A stretch of 64,000 bases of DNA from Candidatus Spyradenecus sp. (lineage in GTDB: Bacteria > Verrucomicrobiota > Verrucomicrobiia > Opitutales > UBA953): positions 32,001 to 96,000 of the forward strand of contig JAZSKX010000013.1 in NCBI GenBank assembly GCA_045535075.1, read 5' to 3'. Position 1 is the stretch's first letter. Every line of letters starts with the position of its first letter. The notes under the pieces were generated by a model. It ran no database searches, had not been told where the DNA came from, and was given only the letters and a program-made list of their open reading frames with translations. Below are positions 1-10,130 of the stretch, one piece after another. A program made the position numbers and the translations under genes.

Positions 1-162
1 GAAAAGGTTCAGGAATTCGTTGCAAAGATCGTTCCCGAATCGTTTAAGGACAGCGCGAAGGAGTTGGTTGAAAAAATTCCTTTTGAGGATATCAAGCAAC
101 AGATTGATCGCGTTTCGGACATTTTCCCGAAGTCCAAACCGAAAGACGAGGGCAACGCGTAA
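1..162 (+). CDS. 3' end of an unidentified gene (partial, runs off window)
   Basis: Frame 1 is open from base 1 (EKVQEFVAKIVPESF...PKDEGNA) to TAA at 160-162, just upstream of meaB. Confidence 0.6.
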   Translation, partial: EKVQEFVAKIVPESFKDSAKELVEKIPFEDIKQQIDRVSDIFPKSKPKDEGNA

Positions 163-185
163 AACGCTCAAATTCCCGTTTGCTC

Positions 186-1178
186 ATGCCCCCCGTTCTT
201 TCAGCTCAGGATTATATCGAAGGCGTTTTGCGCGGTGATCGCGTGATGCTTGCGCGCACGATTACGCTTATCGAAAGCGACGCACCGAAGCATCAGGCCT
301 TGGCGGATGAAGTGATTCAGGGATTGCTCCCGTACACGGGAAAGTCCGTTCGCGTCGGTATTACCGGCGTTCCCGGCGGCGGGAAAAGCACTTTCATCGA
401 GGCGTTCGGTTGTCATCTTTGCGATTTAGGAAAAAAAGTTGCTGTCTTAGCGATTGACCCGAGTAGCAGCATTTCCCGCGGGAGCATTCTCGGCGACAAG
501 ACGCGCATGGAAGAACTTACGCGACGGGAAAACGCCTTCATTCGCCCGTCTCCGTCCGGTTGTGCACTCGGCGGCGTTGCGCGCAAAACGCGGGAAAGCA
601 TTCTCGTTTGCGAGGCGTTCGGCTTCGATGTCGTTTTGGTGGAAACCGTCGGCGTCGGACAAAGCGAAACGACCGTGCGCTCGATGGTGGACTTCTTCCT
701 CGTCATTACAATCGCGGGAGCGGGAGACGAACTTCAGGGCATTAAAAAAGGCATTATGGAATTGGCGGATTCGCTTTTGGTTACAAAGGCGGACGGCGAC
801 AATCGTTCCCGCGCACTCGCGACGCGTGCCGAGCTTGAGCAGGTTTTGCATTTTATTACACCGGTTTCCCCGAAATGGCATCCGCGCGCTTTGGCATGTT
901 CCAGCCTCGAAGGCATCGGAATTGATGAAGTTTGGAAACTCATCTGCGAATTTGTTGCGAAATCTCGCGTTACGGGGCTGATTGACGAGCGCCGGCGGGA
1001 ACAGTCTCTGGAATGGCTTCAATGGCTTTTGGAGCAGGAACTGTGGCGGCGTTTCACTCAGAATCCGAACATTGTCGAAGCATGGTCGGAAACGCAGGAG
1101 CAGGTTTTATCCGGAAAGATTTCTCCGACGGCGGCGGCGCGTCGCCTCATACGAATTAATACTCAAACGAAAGAATAA
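186..1178 (+). CDS. meaB: Methylmalonyl-CoA mutase-associated GTPase MeaB/ArgK
   Basis: GITGVPGGGKST P-loop, AIDPSS, GDKTRM, ETVGVGQSE, GDELQGIKKG motifs; adjacent to mutase genes. Confidence 0.95.
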   Translation: MPPVLSAQDYIEGVLRGDRVMLARTITLIESDAPKHQALADEVIQGLLPYTGKSVRVGITGVPGGGKSTFIEAFGCHLCDLGKKVAVLAIDPSSSISRGSILGDKTRMEELTRRENAFIRPSPSGCALGGVARKTRESILVCEAFGFDVVLVETVGVGQSETTVRSMVDFFLVITIAGAGDELQGIKKGIMELADSLLVTKADGDNRSRALATRAELEQVLHFITPVSPKWHPRALACSSLEGIGIDEVWKLICEFVAKSRVTGLIDERRREQSLEWLQWLLEQELWRRFTQNPNIVEAWSETQEQVLSGKISPTAAARRLIRINTQTKE

Positions 1179-1181
1179 ACA

Positions 1182-1586
1182 ATGATTACCCAAATTGACC
1201 ACATCGGCATTGCCGTTACGAGCCTCGAAGCCACGATCCCGCATTATCGCGATGCACTCGGACTGGGCGAACCCCACATTGAAGAAGTCCCGACTCAAAA
1301 AGTACGCGTTGCGATGTTTGACGTCGGCGGTGTTCACATCGAACTTCTTGAACCGACTTCGCCGGACAGCCCGATCGCCAAGGCGATTGAAAAGAACGGC
1401 GGGCGCGGTTTGATTCATCATCTCGCATTTAAAACCGACGATGCGGCGGCGCAACTCACGCAGGCGAAAAATGCCGGTTGCGCACTCATCAACGAAACGC
1501 CCGTTCCCGGGGCACACAATACGCAAGTTGGTTTTCTGCATCCGAAATCCACGTTCGGAGTTTTGACCGAATTTTGCCAACACTAA
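1182..1586 (+). CDS. mce: Methylmalonyl-CoA epimerase
   Basis: VOC fold motifs IDHIGIAV, IELLEP, IHHLAF, FLHPKST.GVLTE; operon context. Confidence 0.95.
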   Translation: MITQIDHIGIAVTSLEATIPHYRDALGLGEPHIEEVPTQKVRVAMFDVGGVHIELLEPTSPDSPIAKAIEKNGGRGLIHHLAFKTDDAAAQLTQAKNAGCALINETPVPGAHNTQVGFLHPKSTFGVLTEFCQH

Positions 1587-1611
1587 TTACCGGAAACACA
1601 AACAGATACTA

Positions 1612-3522
1612 ATGGAAAGCAAACTTACTCTAGACGAGTTTTCGAAACCTTCCTACGAGGAATGGAAAGCCGCCGCCGTTGAAACGCTCAAGGGGGCGCC
1701 GTTTGAAAAGAAACTTTTTACAAAAACGCCGGAAGGAATTCTTGTTGAACCGATTTACGACGGCGTGGCGCCTGACGCGGCGATTCCTGGATTCTTCCCG
1801 TACACGCGCGGAATTTCCGCAACGCCGCAGGCTTGGCTCGTCGCGCAGGAGGCTTCCGCCGGTTGCGCCGGAAAGTATAACAAAGTCCTTCAGAGCGCAA
1901 TCGAACGCGGACAAAGCGCCGTCTCGCTTAAATTCAAAGGAACCGGCGTTTGCGGCGGGCTCAAGGAGCTTTCCGTCGATGCGGTTAAAACTGCGCTCGC
2001 GGATGTCGATTTTTCTTCGCTTGCTCTGTTTATCGACGGCGGGAACGAACCGGCGAAAGTTTATGATACGGTCGGCAAAGCCATCAAGGAACTCGGCGGG
2101 AACGACCGCGCAATTCCCGGAGCTGTCAGCATTGATCCGATTGGCGTTTTGTTGCTTAACGGCAAGTTGCCGAAAACTCTCGACGCGCTTTACGCCGAAA
2201 TGGCGGACGTGACGAAGCGCTCGCAATCCGTCTTCCGTACGGTCGGCGTTAATGCTGCGATTTATGCCAATGCGGGTGCAACCGCCGTTCAGGAACTCGG
2301 CTATGCGATCGCAACCGCCGTCGAATACCTCCGCGCTCTTACGAATGCCGGATTCGACATCGACACGGCGGCGCAAAAAATCCGTTTTACGCTCGCAATG
2401 GGCGGAGATTTCTTCATGTCGCTTGCCAAGGTTCGCGCTCTGCGCACGCTTTGGGCAAATATCGTCAAAGCCTGCGGCGGGAACGACGAATCCTGCAAAG
2501 CACACATCCATGCGACGACGACGCGCTGGAACAAGTCTTCGCTTGATATTTACGTTAATATGCTTCGCTCGACGACGGAAGCGACGGCTGCCGTTCTCGC
2601 GAATGTCGAAAGCCTCACGATTGAGCCGTTCGACGCGGCGGCGCGCAAGCCCGACGATTTCTCGCGTCGCATTGCGCAGAATCTCCACATCATTCTTCGC
2701 GACGAATGTCAATTTGACAAAGTGCTTGATCCGGCGGGCGGTTCGCCTTACGTGGAATCGCTTACAACGCAACTTGCGGAAAAGGCCTATGCGCTTTTCC
2801 AAGATGTCGAAAAAGCCGGCGGCATGGCAGCCGCGGTTCTCGCGGGAACGCCTCAGGCAGCGGTTGCGGCGGCAAATGCCGAAAAAATGAAAATGCTCGA
2901 ACAACGTCGCATGACGCTTGTCGGCGTGAATGTTTACGCAAATCCGCTTGAAAAACCGCTCGAAAAACGCGAATGCTGCTGCTCGAAAAAATCCGGGGAA
3001 TCTGCTGAAAAACATAGTTGCTGTTGCCACGGGAACGACGTTCCCGCCGCAGTTTCGGCGCCGAAGTTGGAGCAGGTCCGTGCTGCAGAGCCGTTTGAAA
3101 AAATGCGCAATGCCGTTTGGAGTGCTGCGAAGCGTCCGCAGATTTTCCTCGCTAACATGGGCCCGGTTCGCCAGCACAAGGCACGTGCGGATTTTTCCAC
3201 AGGCTTCTTCGATGTCGGCGGTTTTGAAATTCTCACGAATTCCGGCTTCAAGGATGTTCCCGCCGCCGCAGAAGCGGCAGTGGCGTCAGGCGCGGGAATC
3301 GTTGTTATCTGCTCGACCGATGATACTTATCCGGAAATCGTTCCCGCGCTGACACAGGCGATCAAAGCCGCTAAGCCGGAAACGCAGGTGGTTCTTGCCG
3401 GCTATCCGACGGATTTTGTCGAAGCGTTCAAAGCTGCCGGAGTCGATGAGTTCATTCACATCAAGGCGAATTGCTACGCCGTCAACAAAGCGCTTCTCGC
3501 CAAAGTCGGGATTAACGCCTAA
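1612..3522 (+). CDS. mutA: Methylmalonyl-CoA mutase small (beta, non-catalytic) subunit
   Basis: [39 protein letters not shown] motifs; no DxHxxG B12 ligand motif. Confidence 0.9.
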   Translation: MESKLTLDEFSKPSYEEWKAAAVETLKGAPFEKKLFTKTPEGILVEPIYDGVAPDAAIPGFFPYTRGISATPQAWLVAQEASAGCAGKYNKVLQSAIERGQSAVSLKFKGTGVCGGLKELSVDAVKTALADVDFSSLALFIDGGNEPAKVYDTVGKAIKELGGNDRAIPGAVSIDPIGVLLLNGKLPKTLDALYAEMADVTKRSQSVFRTVGVNAAIYANAGATAVQELGYAIATAVEYLRALTNAGFDIDTAAQKIRFTLAMGGDFFMSLAKVRALRTLWANIVKACGGNDESCKAHIHATTTRWNKSSLDIYVNMLRSTTEATAAVLANVESLTIEPFDAAARKPDDFSRRIAQNLHIILRDECQFDKVLDPAGGSPYVESLTTQLAEKAYALFQDVEKAGGMAAAVLAGTPQAAVAAANAEKMKMLEQRRMTLVGVNVYANPLEKPLEKRECCCSKKSGESAEKHSCCCHGNDVPAAVSAPKLEQVRAAEPFEKMRNAVWSAAKRPQIFLANMGPVRQHKARADFSTGFFDVGGFEILTNSGFKDVPAAAEAAVASGAGIVVICSTDDTYPEIVPALTQAIKAAKPETQVVLAGYPTDFVEAFKAAGVDEFIHIKANCYAVNKALLAKVGINA

Positions 3523-3548
3523 CACACAAAACAGGAAAGTTAATTATC

Positions 3549-5717
3549 ATGAGTATTCCTAATTTTTCTTCCGTCGAATTCAAAATCGCTCCCGCGACGG
3601 GAACGAAAGCCGAATGGCAGGAACAAGTTGAAAAAGCAACCGGCAAGCCGCTGAAAGAATTGCTGTGGCGTACAATGGAACAAATCGACGTTGCGCCGTT
3701 GCAAACTCAGGCGGATGCCGCCGAATGCAAGCAAGTCGGCTACACCGCCGGGATCGCGCCGAATCTGCGCGGTCCGTACCCGACGATGTATGTCACGCGC
3801 CCGTGGACCGTGCGCCAGTATGCCGGGTTCTCGACGGCAAAAGAATCCAACGCGTTTTATCGCCGCAATCTTGCCGCCGGGCAGAAAGGGCTTTCCGTTG
3901 CGTTTGACTTGGCAACGCACCGCGGTTACGACTCCGACCACCCGCGCGTTGTCGGCGATGTCGGGAAAGCCGGGGTCGCCGTTGACTCCGTACTCGACAT
4001 GAAAACGCTTTTTGACGGCATCCCGCTCGACAAGATTTCCGTTTCCATGACGATGAACGGCGCGGTTCTTCCCGTCATGGCGTTTTATATCGTTGCCGCC
4101 GAAGAGCAGGGCGTGAAGCCGGAACTGCTCTCGGGAACGATTCAGAACGACATTCTCAAGGAATTTATGGTGCGCAACACCTATATTTACCCGCCGACTC
4201 CGTCGATGAAAATCATTGCCGACATTTTCGAGTACACATCGAAGTACATGCCGAAGTTCAATTCGATTTCCATTTCCGGCTATCACATGCAGGAAGCGGG
4301 AGCGACGGCGGATATCGAAATGGCTTACACGCTCGCCGACGGCTTGGACTATATTCGCACGGGCGTCAAAGCCGGGCTTTCCGTCGATGCGTTTGCGCCG
4401 CGTTTGTCTTTCTTCTGGGCGCAGGGGAAAAACATGTTTATGGAAATCGCCAAGATGCGCGCCGCGCGCGTGCTTTGGGCGAAGATCGTCAAGCAGTTCG
4501 GCCCGGAAAATGCGAAATCACTCGCGCTTCGCACGCACTCGCAAACTTCCGGTTGGTCGCTGACGGAACAGGATCCGTTTAATAACGTTGCCCGCACTTG
4601 CGTTGAAGCCATGGCGGCGGCGTTCGGGCACACGCAATCGCTCCACACGAATTCGCTCGACGAAGCCATTGCGCTCCCGACGGACTTCTCCGCGCGCATT
4701 GCCCGCAACACGCAGCTTTTCCTCCAGAGCGAAACCGGTATTTGCCGCACGGTCGATCCGTGGGGCGGTTCGTATTACGTCGAAAGCCTTACCGAAGCCA
4801 TTATGGAAAAGGCTTGGGCGCTGATTCAGGAAGTCGAAGAACTCGGCGGAATGGCGAAGGCGATTGAAACGGGCTTGCCGAAAATGCGCATTGAAGAAGC
4901 CGCCGCACGCCGCCAAGCGCAAATTGACTCCGGACGCGAAACCATCGTCGGCGTCAATCGCTACAAACTTGCCAAGGAAGATGCGCTCGAAACGCTCGAA
5001 GTGGACAACACCGTCGTTCGCGAAGAGCAAATCTCCCGCCTCAACGAAATTCGTGCCACGCGTGATAATGCCGCCGTCGAAGCCGCGCTCGAAGCGCTTA
5101 CGAAATGTGCGGAAACGAAGGAAGGCAATTTGCTCGAACTCGCCGTCAACGCTGCACGCCTCCGCGCGACGCTCGGTGAAATTTCCTATGCACTCGAAAA
5201 AATCTACGGGAGACACAAAGCTGTGATTCGTTCTATCTCCGGAGTTTATCAATCCGAATTCGCCCAAGACGGCGATAACAACATCGTCGCCGAAGTGCGC
5301 GCCGCTAGCGATAAATTCGCCGAAGAAAACGGACGCCGCCCGCGCGTCATGATTGCCAAAATGGGGCAGGACGGGCACGACCGCGGAGCGAAAGTTGTCG
5401 CAACCGCGTATGCCGACCTCGGATTCGACGTCGATATCGGACCGCTCTTCCAAACGCCGGAAGAAACGGCGAAACAAGCCGTCGAAAACGACGTTCATTG
5501 CGTCGGCGTTTCTTCGCTCGCAGCCGGGCACAAGACGCTCGTTCCGCAACTTATCGCCGAACTCAAAAAACTCGGACGCGAAGACATTCATGTTTTCTGC
5601 GGCGGCGTTATTCCGCCCCAGGATTATGACTTCCTTTACGCCGCCGGCTGTAAGGCAATCTTCGGTCCCGGAACCGTCATCCCGGAAGCGGCAAAGAAGA
5701 TTCTTTCCTTCCTCTAA
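3549..5717 (+). CDS. mutB: Methylmalonyl-CoA mutase large catalytic subunit (ScpA/MutB)
   Basis: [38 protein letters not shown]12-binding GQDGHDRG. Confidence 0.97.
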   Translation: MSIPNFSSVEFKIAPATGTKAEWQEQVEKATGKPLKELLWRTMEQIDVAPLQTQADAAECKQVGYTAGIAPNLRGPYPTMYVTRPWTVRQYAGFSTAKESNAFYRRNLAAGQKGLSVAFDLATHRGYDSDHPRVVGDVGKAGVAVDSVLDMKTLFDGIPLDKISVSMTMNGAVLPVMAFYIVAAEEQGVKPELLSGTIQNDILKEFMVRNTYIYPPTPSMKIIADIFEYTSKYMPKFNSISISGYHMQEAGATADIEMAYTLADGLDYIRTGVKAGLSVDAFAPRLSFFWAQGKNMFMEIAKMRAARVLWAKIVKQFGPENAKSLALRTHSQTSGWSLTEQDPFNNVARTCVEAMAAAFGHTQSLHTNSLDEAIALPTDFSARIARNTQLFLQSETGICRTVDPWGGSYYVESLTEAIMEKAWALIQEVEELGGMAKAIETGLPKMRIEEAAARRQAQIDSGRETIVGVNRYKLAKEDALETLEVDNTVVREEQISRLNEIRATRDNAAVEAALEALTKCAETKEGNLLELAVNAARLRATLGEISYALEKIYGRHKAVIRSISGVYQSEFAQDGDNNIVAEVRAASDKFAEENGRRPRVMIAKMGQDGHDRGAKVVATAYADLGFDVDIGPLFQTPEETAKQAVENDVHCVGVSSLAAGHKTLVPQLIAELKKLGREDIHVFCGGVIPPQDYDFLYAAGCKAIFGPGTVIPEAAKKILSFL

Positions 5718-5738
5718 GCGGATTTCCCGCAACAAAGT

Positions 5739-5774
5739 GCGTTCCCGTGAAATTTCTCGCGGGAACGCTTTTTT
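5739..5774 (+). terminator. Intrinsic terminator built from an inverted pair of the 9-mer
   Basis: GCGTTCCCGTGA-aatttc-TCGCGGGAACGC followed by TTTTTT, 22 nt after the mutB stop. Confidence 0.85.
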
Positions 5775-5820
5775 GTATCAAATTCCTCGCATTCCTGCGG
5801 GAACGCATTAGCATGAAAAC

Positions 5821-7074
5821 ATGCGCAAAATTCTTCTGAAAAACACGATGCTCGACGGAGCCGAAACCGACGTTCTCATTGCGGGAACGCGCTTTGAAAA
5901 AATCGCTCCGGGATTGCTTGCGGACGCGGAAACCGAGCTCGTCGACGCTGCGGGAACGGCAATTCTTCCGCCGTTTTACAATGCGCACACACACGCGGCA
6001 ATGACGCTTTTGCGCGGATACGCCGACGATAAAGAACTCTTTACTTGGCTCAACGATCACATTTGGCCCTTTGAAGCCAAGATGACGGCGCAAGATATTT
6101 ACGAAGGTTCCCGCCTCGCGATTTTAGAAATGATTCGCTCGGGAACGGTTTTTTTCAACGACATGTATTGGCAAAGCGACGAAACCGTGCGCGCTGCGAG
6201 CGAAATGGGAATTCGCGCTTGCGTCGGGATGACGGTCACGGATTTCATCGGCGAAGCGGCGATTGAGGCAACTTTCGATCGGCTCGCAAGCTTGAATCCG
6301 GGAAACTATGCCGATGACGCCGGGCTTGTCCGCCTGACGCTGGCGCCGCACGCCGTTTATACGGTTTGTGAAAAACTCTGGCGGCGAAGTGCCGAGTTTG
6401 CACGGGAACGCGGTTTGATTTTGCATATTCACCTCGCGGAAACGCGGAAAGAAGTCGCCGACTGCGTTGCCGCACACGGGAAAACGCCGGTGCGCTGGTT
6501 GGATTCGCTCGGTGTTTTGGGCGAGAATGTCGTCGCCGCACACGTTGTCCATGTTGACGACGAGGAGATTGCGATTTTGCGGGAACGCGGCGTTGCCATT
6601 GCGCATAATCCCTGCTCAAACATGAAGTTGGCATCGGGTATTTTCCGCTCGAAAGCTTTTTCCCAAGCGGGTTGCCGTGTCACAATCGGAACGGACGGGA
6701 ACGCTTCGAACAATAACTTGGACATGCGGGAAGAGGCGAAGTTTGCGGCGTTGCTTGCGAAAGTTTCCGGAGATCCGGAGGCGCTTCCCGCAGATGAAGC
6801 GTTGGCGTGGGCGACGCGAAACGGCGCGCTTGCCTTCGGAATTGATGCCGGGGAAATCGCAGAAGGAAAACTTGCCGATGCCGTTTTAGTTGATTTGAAC
6901 AACGAACGGATGGTGCCCTCGCACAATCTGATTTCCAATTGGATTTATTCCGCGGATTCGCGGTGCATTCGTGATGTGATTTGCAACGGAAAATTTCTTA
7001 TGCGTTCCCGCACCATTGAAAAGGAAGCGGAAATTTTGGACGCGGTTCGCCGTCTTTCGCTTTTGAAAAAATAA
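5821..7074 (+). CDS. Amidohydrolase, MtaD-like (MTA/SAH or nucleoside deaminase)
   Basis: NAHTHAAM, APHAVYT, HIHLAET, AHVVH, GTDGNASNN metal-binding motifs. Confidence 0.85.
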   Translation: MRKILLKNTMLDGAETDVLIAGTRFEKIAPGLLADAETELVDAAGTAILPPFYNAHTHAAMTLLRGYADDKELFTWLNDHIWPFEAKMTAQDIYEGSRLAILEMIRSGTVFFNDMYWQSDETVRAASEMGIRACVGMTVTDFIGEAAIEATFDRLASLNPGNYADDAGLVRLTLAPHAVYTVCEKLWRRSAEFARERGLILHIHLAETRKEVADCVAAHGKTPVRWLDSLGVLGENVVAAHVVHVDDEEIAILRERGVAIAHNPCSNMKLASGIFRSKAFSQAGCRVTIGTDGNASNNNLDMREEAKFAALLAKVSGDPEALPADEALAWATRNGALAFGIDAGEIAEGKLADAVLVDLNNERMVPSHNLISNWIYSADSRCIRDVICNGKFLMRSRTIEKEAEILDAVRRLSLLKK

Positions 7075-7078
7075 GATT

Positions 7079-8476
7079 TCAGACGGCTTTGGAATGGCGG
7101 TTTTGCGCTCCCGCCTGAAAATACGCATCAAACGGAAGTGCGATGTTTCGGATGAACATGCGCCCGATGTGTGTTACGCTAAAGCCGTTCCCGTCTTCCC
7201 GCAATGCAATCAGACCGTCGTCGGCGAGCGAGTCCAGCTTTGCGATTTCGGAGGAATACCGTGTTTTAAAATCAAATCCGAATTGCGCAGAGAGTTTGAG
7301 ATAGTCCAATTCCAAGTCGCACATAATGCGCGTGATAATTTCTCGGCGACGCAAATCTTCTTCCGTTAAAATCAGCCCCTTAGTGCGCGGAATGTTTCCC
7401 GAATCAACACGGTTCTCGTAGGCTTCAAGCGTTTTTTCATTTTGAGAGAAACTGCGCGCGGATTGTGAAATGGACGACATGCCGAGCGCGACGATCGGCA
7501 AGCCGGCGTGCGTCGAATAACCTTGAAAATTGCGTTGGAGACGGCGTTCCCGCAACGCGTGAACCAGTTCGTCGTCTTCCCGTGCGAAATGGTCCAAGCC
7601 GATGTAAACAAATCCGTTACGCGTGAGTTTTTCGATGATGGTTTTGAGTAGCGCGATTTTTTCGTCGGGCGAGGGTAGGGCTCCGCTTTGTTCCAGAAGC
7701 TTCTGCTGGGGCTTGAGCCAAGGAACGTGCGCGTAGCTGAATACGGCAAAACGATCCGGGCGAAGCTCAAGCAATTCCGCCAGTGTTTGTTCGTAGCTGT
7801 CCGTCGTCTGAAACGGCAGTCCGTAAATGAGGTCAAAATTAATTGAGGAAAAACCGCATTCCCGCAACCAACGGACTGCTTGTTCAATAAGCGGCTTCGG
7901 CTGAACACGATGGATGGCGACTTGGACTTTGGGGTTAAGGTCCTGAACGCCGAGCGAGGCGCGGGAACAGCCGAGGCGGCGAAATGCATCGACAATCTCG
8001 CGCGTCAGCGAGCGCGGATCAAGCTCGACGGAAATTTCTGCGTCCGGTGTAAATAAAAAATGCTTACGGAGCATTGCTGCGATCCGGTCGATTTGCCGGG
8101 GCGTCAGTGCGCTTGGCGTGCCGCCGCCGAAATGCAGTTGGGCGACGGAAAGAGTTGTTCCGTCGGGCGCAATCCGGTTTTTCCAAAGCTCAATTTCTTT
8201 TTCGAGTGAATCCAGATAGCGCTCAGCGTCGGAATCGCTGCGTGCGGGAACGGTCGTGCAACCGCAGTACCAGCAAAGCGATTTACAGAACGGAATATGT
8301 ATGTAAATTGAAATAACATTTCCGCCGGCGGCGATATCTTCCCGCATGATGTTGAAAATTGCGTCGTCGCCGACATCGTCGCGAAATTGAAGCGCGGTAG
8401 GGTACGACGTGTAGCGCGGCGCGGGAACGTTGTATTTTTTTACGAGGTCAAGGTCTACCTCAATAGCGTTTTTCAT
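7079..8476 (-). CDS. hemN: Oxygen-independent coproporphyrinogen III oxidase (radical SAM)
   Basis: PRYTSYPTA, YIHIPFCKSLCWYCGC, HFGGGTP, LQRNFQGYST. Confidence 0.93.
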   Translation of the reverse strand: MKNAIEVDLDLVKKYNVPAPRYTSYPTALQFRDDVGDDAIFNIMREDIAAGGNVISIYIHIPFCKSLCWYCGCTTVPARSDSDAERYLDSLEKEIELWKNRIAPDGTTLSVAQLHFGGGTPSALTPRQIDRIAAMLRKHFLFTPDAEISVELDPRSLTREIVDAFRRLGCSRASLGVQDLNPKVQVAIHRVQPKPLIEQAVRWLRECGFSSINFDLIYGLPFQTTDSYEQTLAELLELRPDRFAVFSYAHVPWLKPQQKLLEQSGALPSPDEKIALLKTIIEKLTRNGFVYIGLDHFAREDDELVHALRERRLQRNFQGYSTHAGLPIVALGMSSISQSARSFSQNEKTLEAYENRVDSGNIPRTKGLILTEEDLRRREIITRIMCDLELDYLKLSAQFGFDFKTRYSSEIAKLDSLADDGLIALREDGNGFSVTHIGRMFIRNIALPFDAYFQAGAQNRHSKAV

Positions 8477-8564
8477 GCTTTTGATTAAAACGGTTTATGC
8501 GCGGCGCGGGAACGCAAAAATAGGACTTGCGCCCTGCGTGCGTTTAGTAGAAGCTTAGAAACAA

Positions 8565-8657
8565 GTCAGGTCCCGGGCAACGAATGCCGGCGAACCCCGT
8601 CAGATCCGGAAGGAAGCAGCGGCAGTCAGGTTCCTCGTGTGCTCCGGTCAACCTGGC
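8565..8657 (+). ncRNA. ffs: Signal recognition particle RNA (4.5S)
   Basis: Helix-8 signature GTCAGATCCGGAAGGAAGCAGC; 5' GTCAGGT pairs with 3' ACCTGGC, followed by a T-run. Confidence 0.92.
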
Positions 8658-8767
8658 GTTTTTGTTTTATTGTCTATCTGCTTCCGAAAGCAACGGGGCG
8701 TTCTCGCGGATGCGAGATGAATTTCCTTTTCCCGCGCGGGAACGCGGCTTAAAATCACCCGCTAATT

Positions 8768-9988
8768 ATGAAAAAAGAACTTCCTGCCAATAAACGCCTT
8801 CCCGACGCTAAAGGATTTTTCGGACGCTTCGGGGGCTCTTTCGTTCAGCCGGAATTGCAAAAGCAAATGGACGAAATCGAGCATGCGTATCACACAATTT
8901 GCCGCTCGCACAACTTTGTTCAGGATTTGCGCAACATCCGCAAACATTTTCAGGGGCGCCCGACGCCGGTTTATTACTGCAAAAACCTGACGGAAAAAGT
9001 CGGCGGAGCCCGCATTTATCTCAAGCGCGAAGACCTGAACCACACAGGCGCACACAAGCTCAATCACTGCATGGGCGAGGCCTTGCTCGCGAAATATTTG
9101 GGCAAGAAAAAGCTCATCGCGGAAACGGGTGCCGGGCAACACGGCGTCGCGCTCGCAACGGCGGGAGCGTATTTCGGCATTCCCGTGGAAATCCACATGG
9201 GCGAAGTCGACATCCAAAAAGAATACCCGAACGTTATGCGCATGAAAGTGCTCGGCGCAAAGGTCGTTTCCGTAACGCGCGGCGATAAAACGCTCAAGGA
9301 AGCCGTCGATTCCGCGTTTGAATCCTACCTCGACGATCCGGTTAATTCCATTTACTGCATCGGCTCCGTGCTCGGGCCGCACCCGTTCCCGCTTCTCGTG
9401 CGCGAATTCCAGCGTGTCATCGGCATCGAAGCGCGGGAACAGTTTTTTGAAATGACGGGAGAAATGCCCGACAATATCTGCGCCTGCGTCGGCGGCGGCT
9501 CGAACGCGGCGGGATTTTTCCACGCGTTTATCGACGATCCCGTCGAAATCTACGGTGTCGAGCCGCTCGGTCGCGGAACCAAGCTCGGAGAACACGCCTG
9601 TTCGCTCGCCTACGGCACGGAAGGCATCATGCACGGCTTTAATTCCATTATGCTCAAAGACGAAAACGGCGATCCCGCGCCGGTTTACTCGGCGGCGAGC
9701 GGATTGGATTATCCGTCCGTCGGGCCGGAACACGCTTACTGGCACGAAATCGGGCGCGAAAAAGCCGTCAGCATCAACGACGACGAAGCCGTTACGGCGT
9801 TTTTCCAACTTTCGCGCTTGGAAGGTATCATTCCCGCGCTCGAAAGCGCGCACGCCGTCGCCTTCGCAACGAAGCTCGCCAAGGAGCGCCCGACGGAATC
9901 CATTCTCGTCAATCTTTCCGGTCGCGGCGACAAAGACCTTGATTTCGTCATGGAAAAATTCGGACATTACGCCGACCGCGAATATTAA
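8768..9988 (+). CDS. trpB: Tryptophan synthase beta chain
   Basis: [13 protein letters not shown] (PLP lysine), [37 protein letters not shown]. Confidence 0.95.
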   Translation: MKKELPANKRLPDAKGFFGRFGGSFVQPELQKQMDEIEHAYHTICRSHNFVQDLRNIRKHFQGRPTPVYYCKNLTEKVGGARIYLKREDLNHTGAHKLNHCMGEALLAKYLGKKKLIAETGAGQHGVALATAGAYFGIPVEIHMGEVDIQKEYPNVMRMKVLGAKVVSVTRGDKTLKEAVDSAFESYLDDPVNSIYCIGSVLGPHPFPLLVREFQRVIGIEAREQFFEMTGEMPDNICACVGGGSNAAGFFHAFIDDPVEIYGVEPLGRGTKLGEHACSLAYGTEGIMHGFNSIMLKDENGDPAPVYSAASGLDYPSVGPEHAYWHEIGREKAVSINDDEAVTAFFQLSRLEGIIPALESAHAVAFATKLAKERPTESILVNLSGRGDKDLDFVMEKFGHYADREY

Positions 9989-10035
9989 GCTTAAGAAAAA
10001 CCGGATGAAGCGGAATTGTTTCGCTTCTCTTCTAA

Positions 10036-10080
10036 ATAAAAAGCGTTCCCGCGATTCTCTTTCACGGGAACGCTTTTTAT
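10036..10080. terminator. Bidirectional terminator built from an inverted pair of the 9-mer
   Basis: ATAAAAAGCGTTCCCGCGA...TCACGGGAACGCTTTTTAT downstream of trpB. Confidence 0.85.
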
Positions 10081-10130
10081 TCTGAAAAACTCTTTGGACA
10101 ATACCTTATGAGAGGAGTTTAATTTCGCGT

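Noticed and set aside
163..185. Cobalamin riboswitch ahead of the mutase operon
   Set aside because: Only about 20 nt separate meaB from the upstream ORF; any leader would lie outside the window.
8477..8767. trp attenuator or T-box upstream of trpB
   Set aside because: The structured sequence there is the SRP RNA; no Trp-rich leader peptide or T-box consensus is visible.
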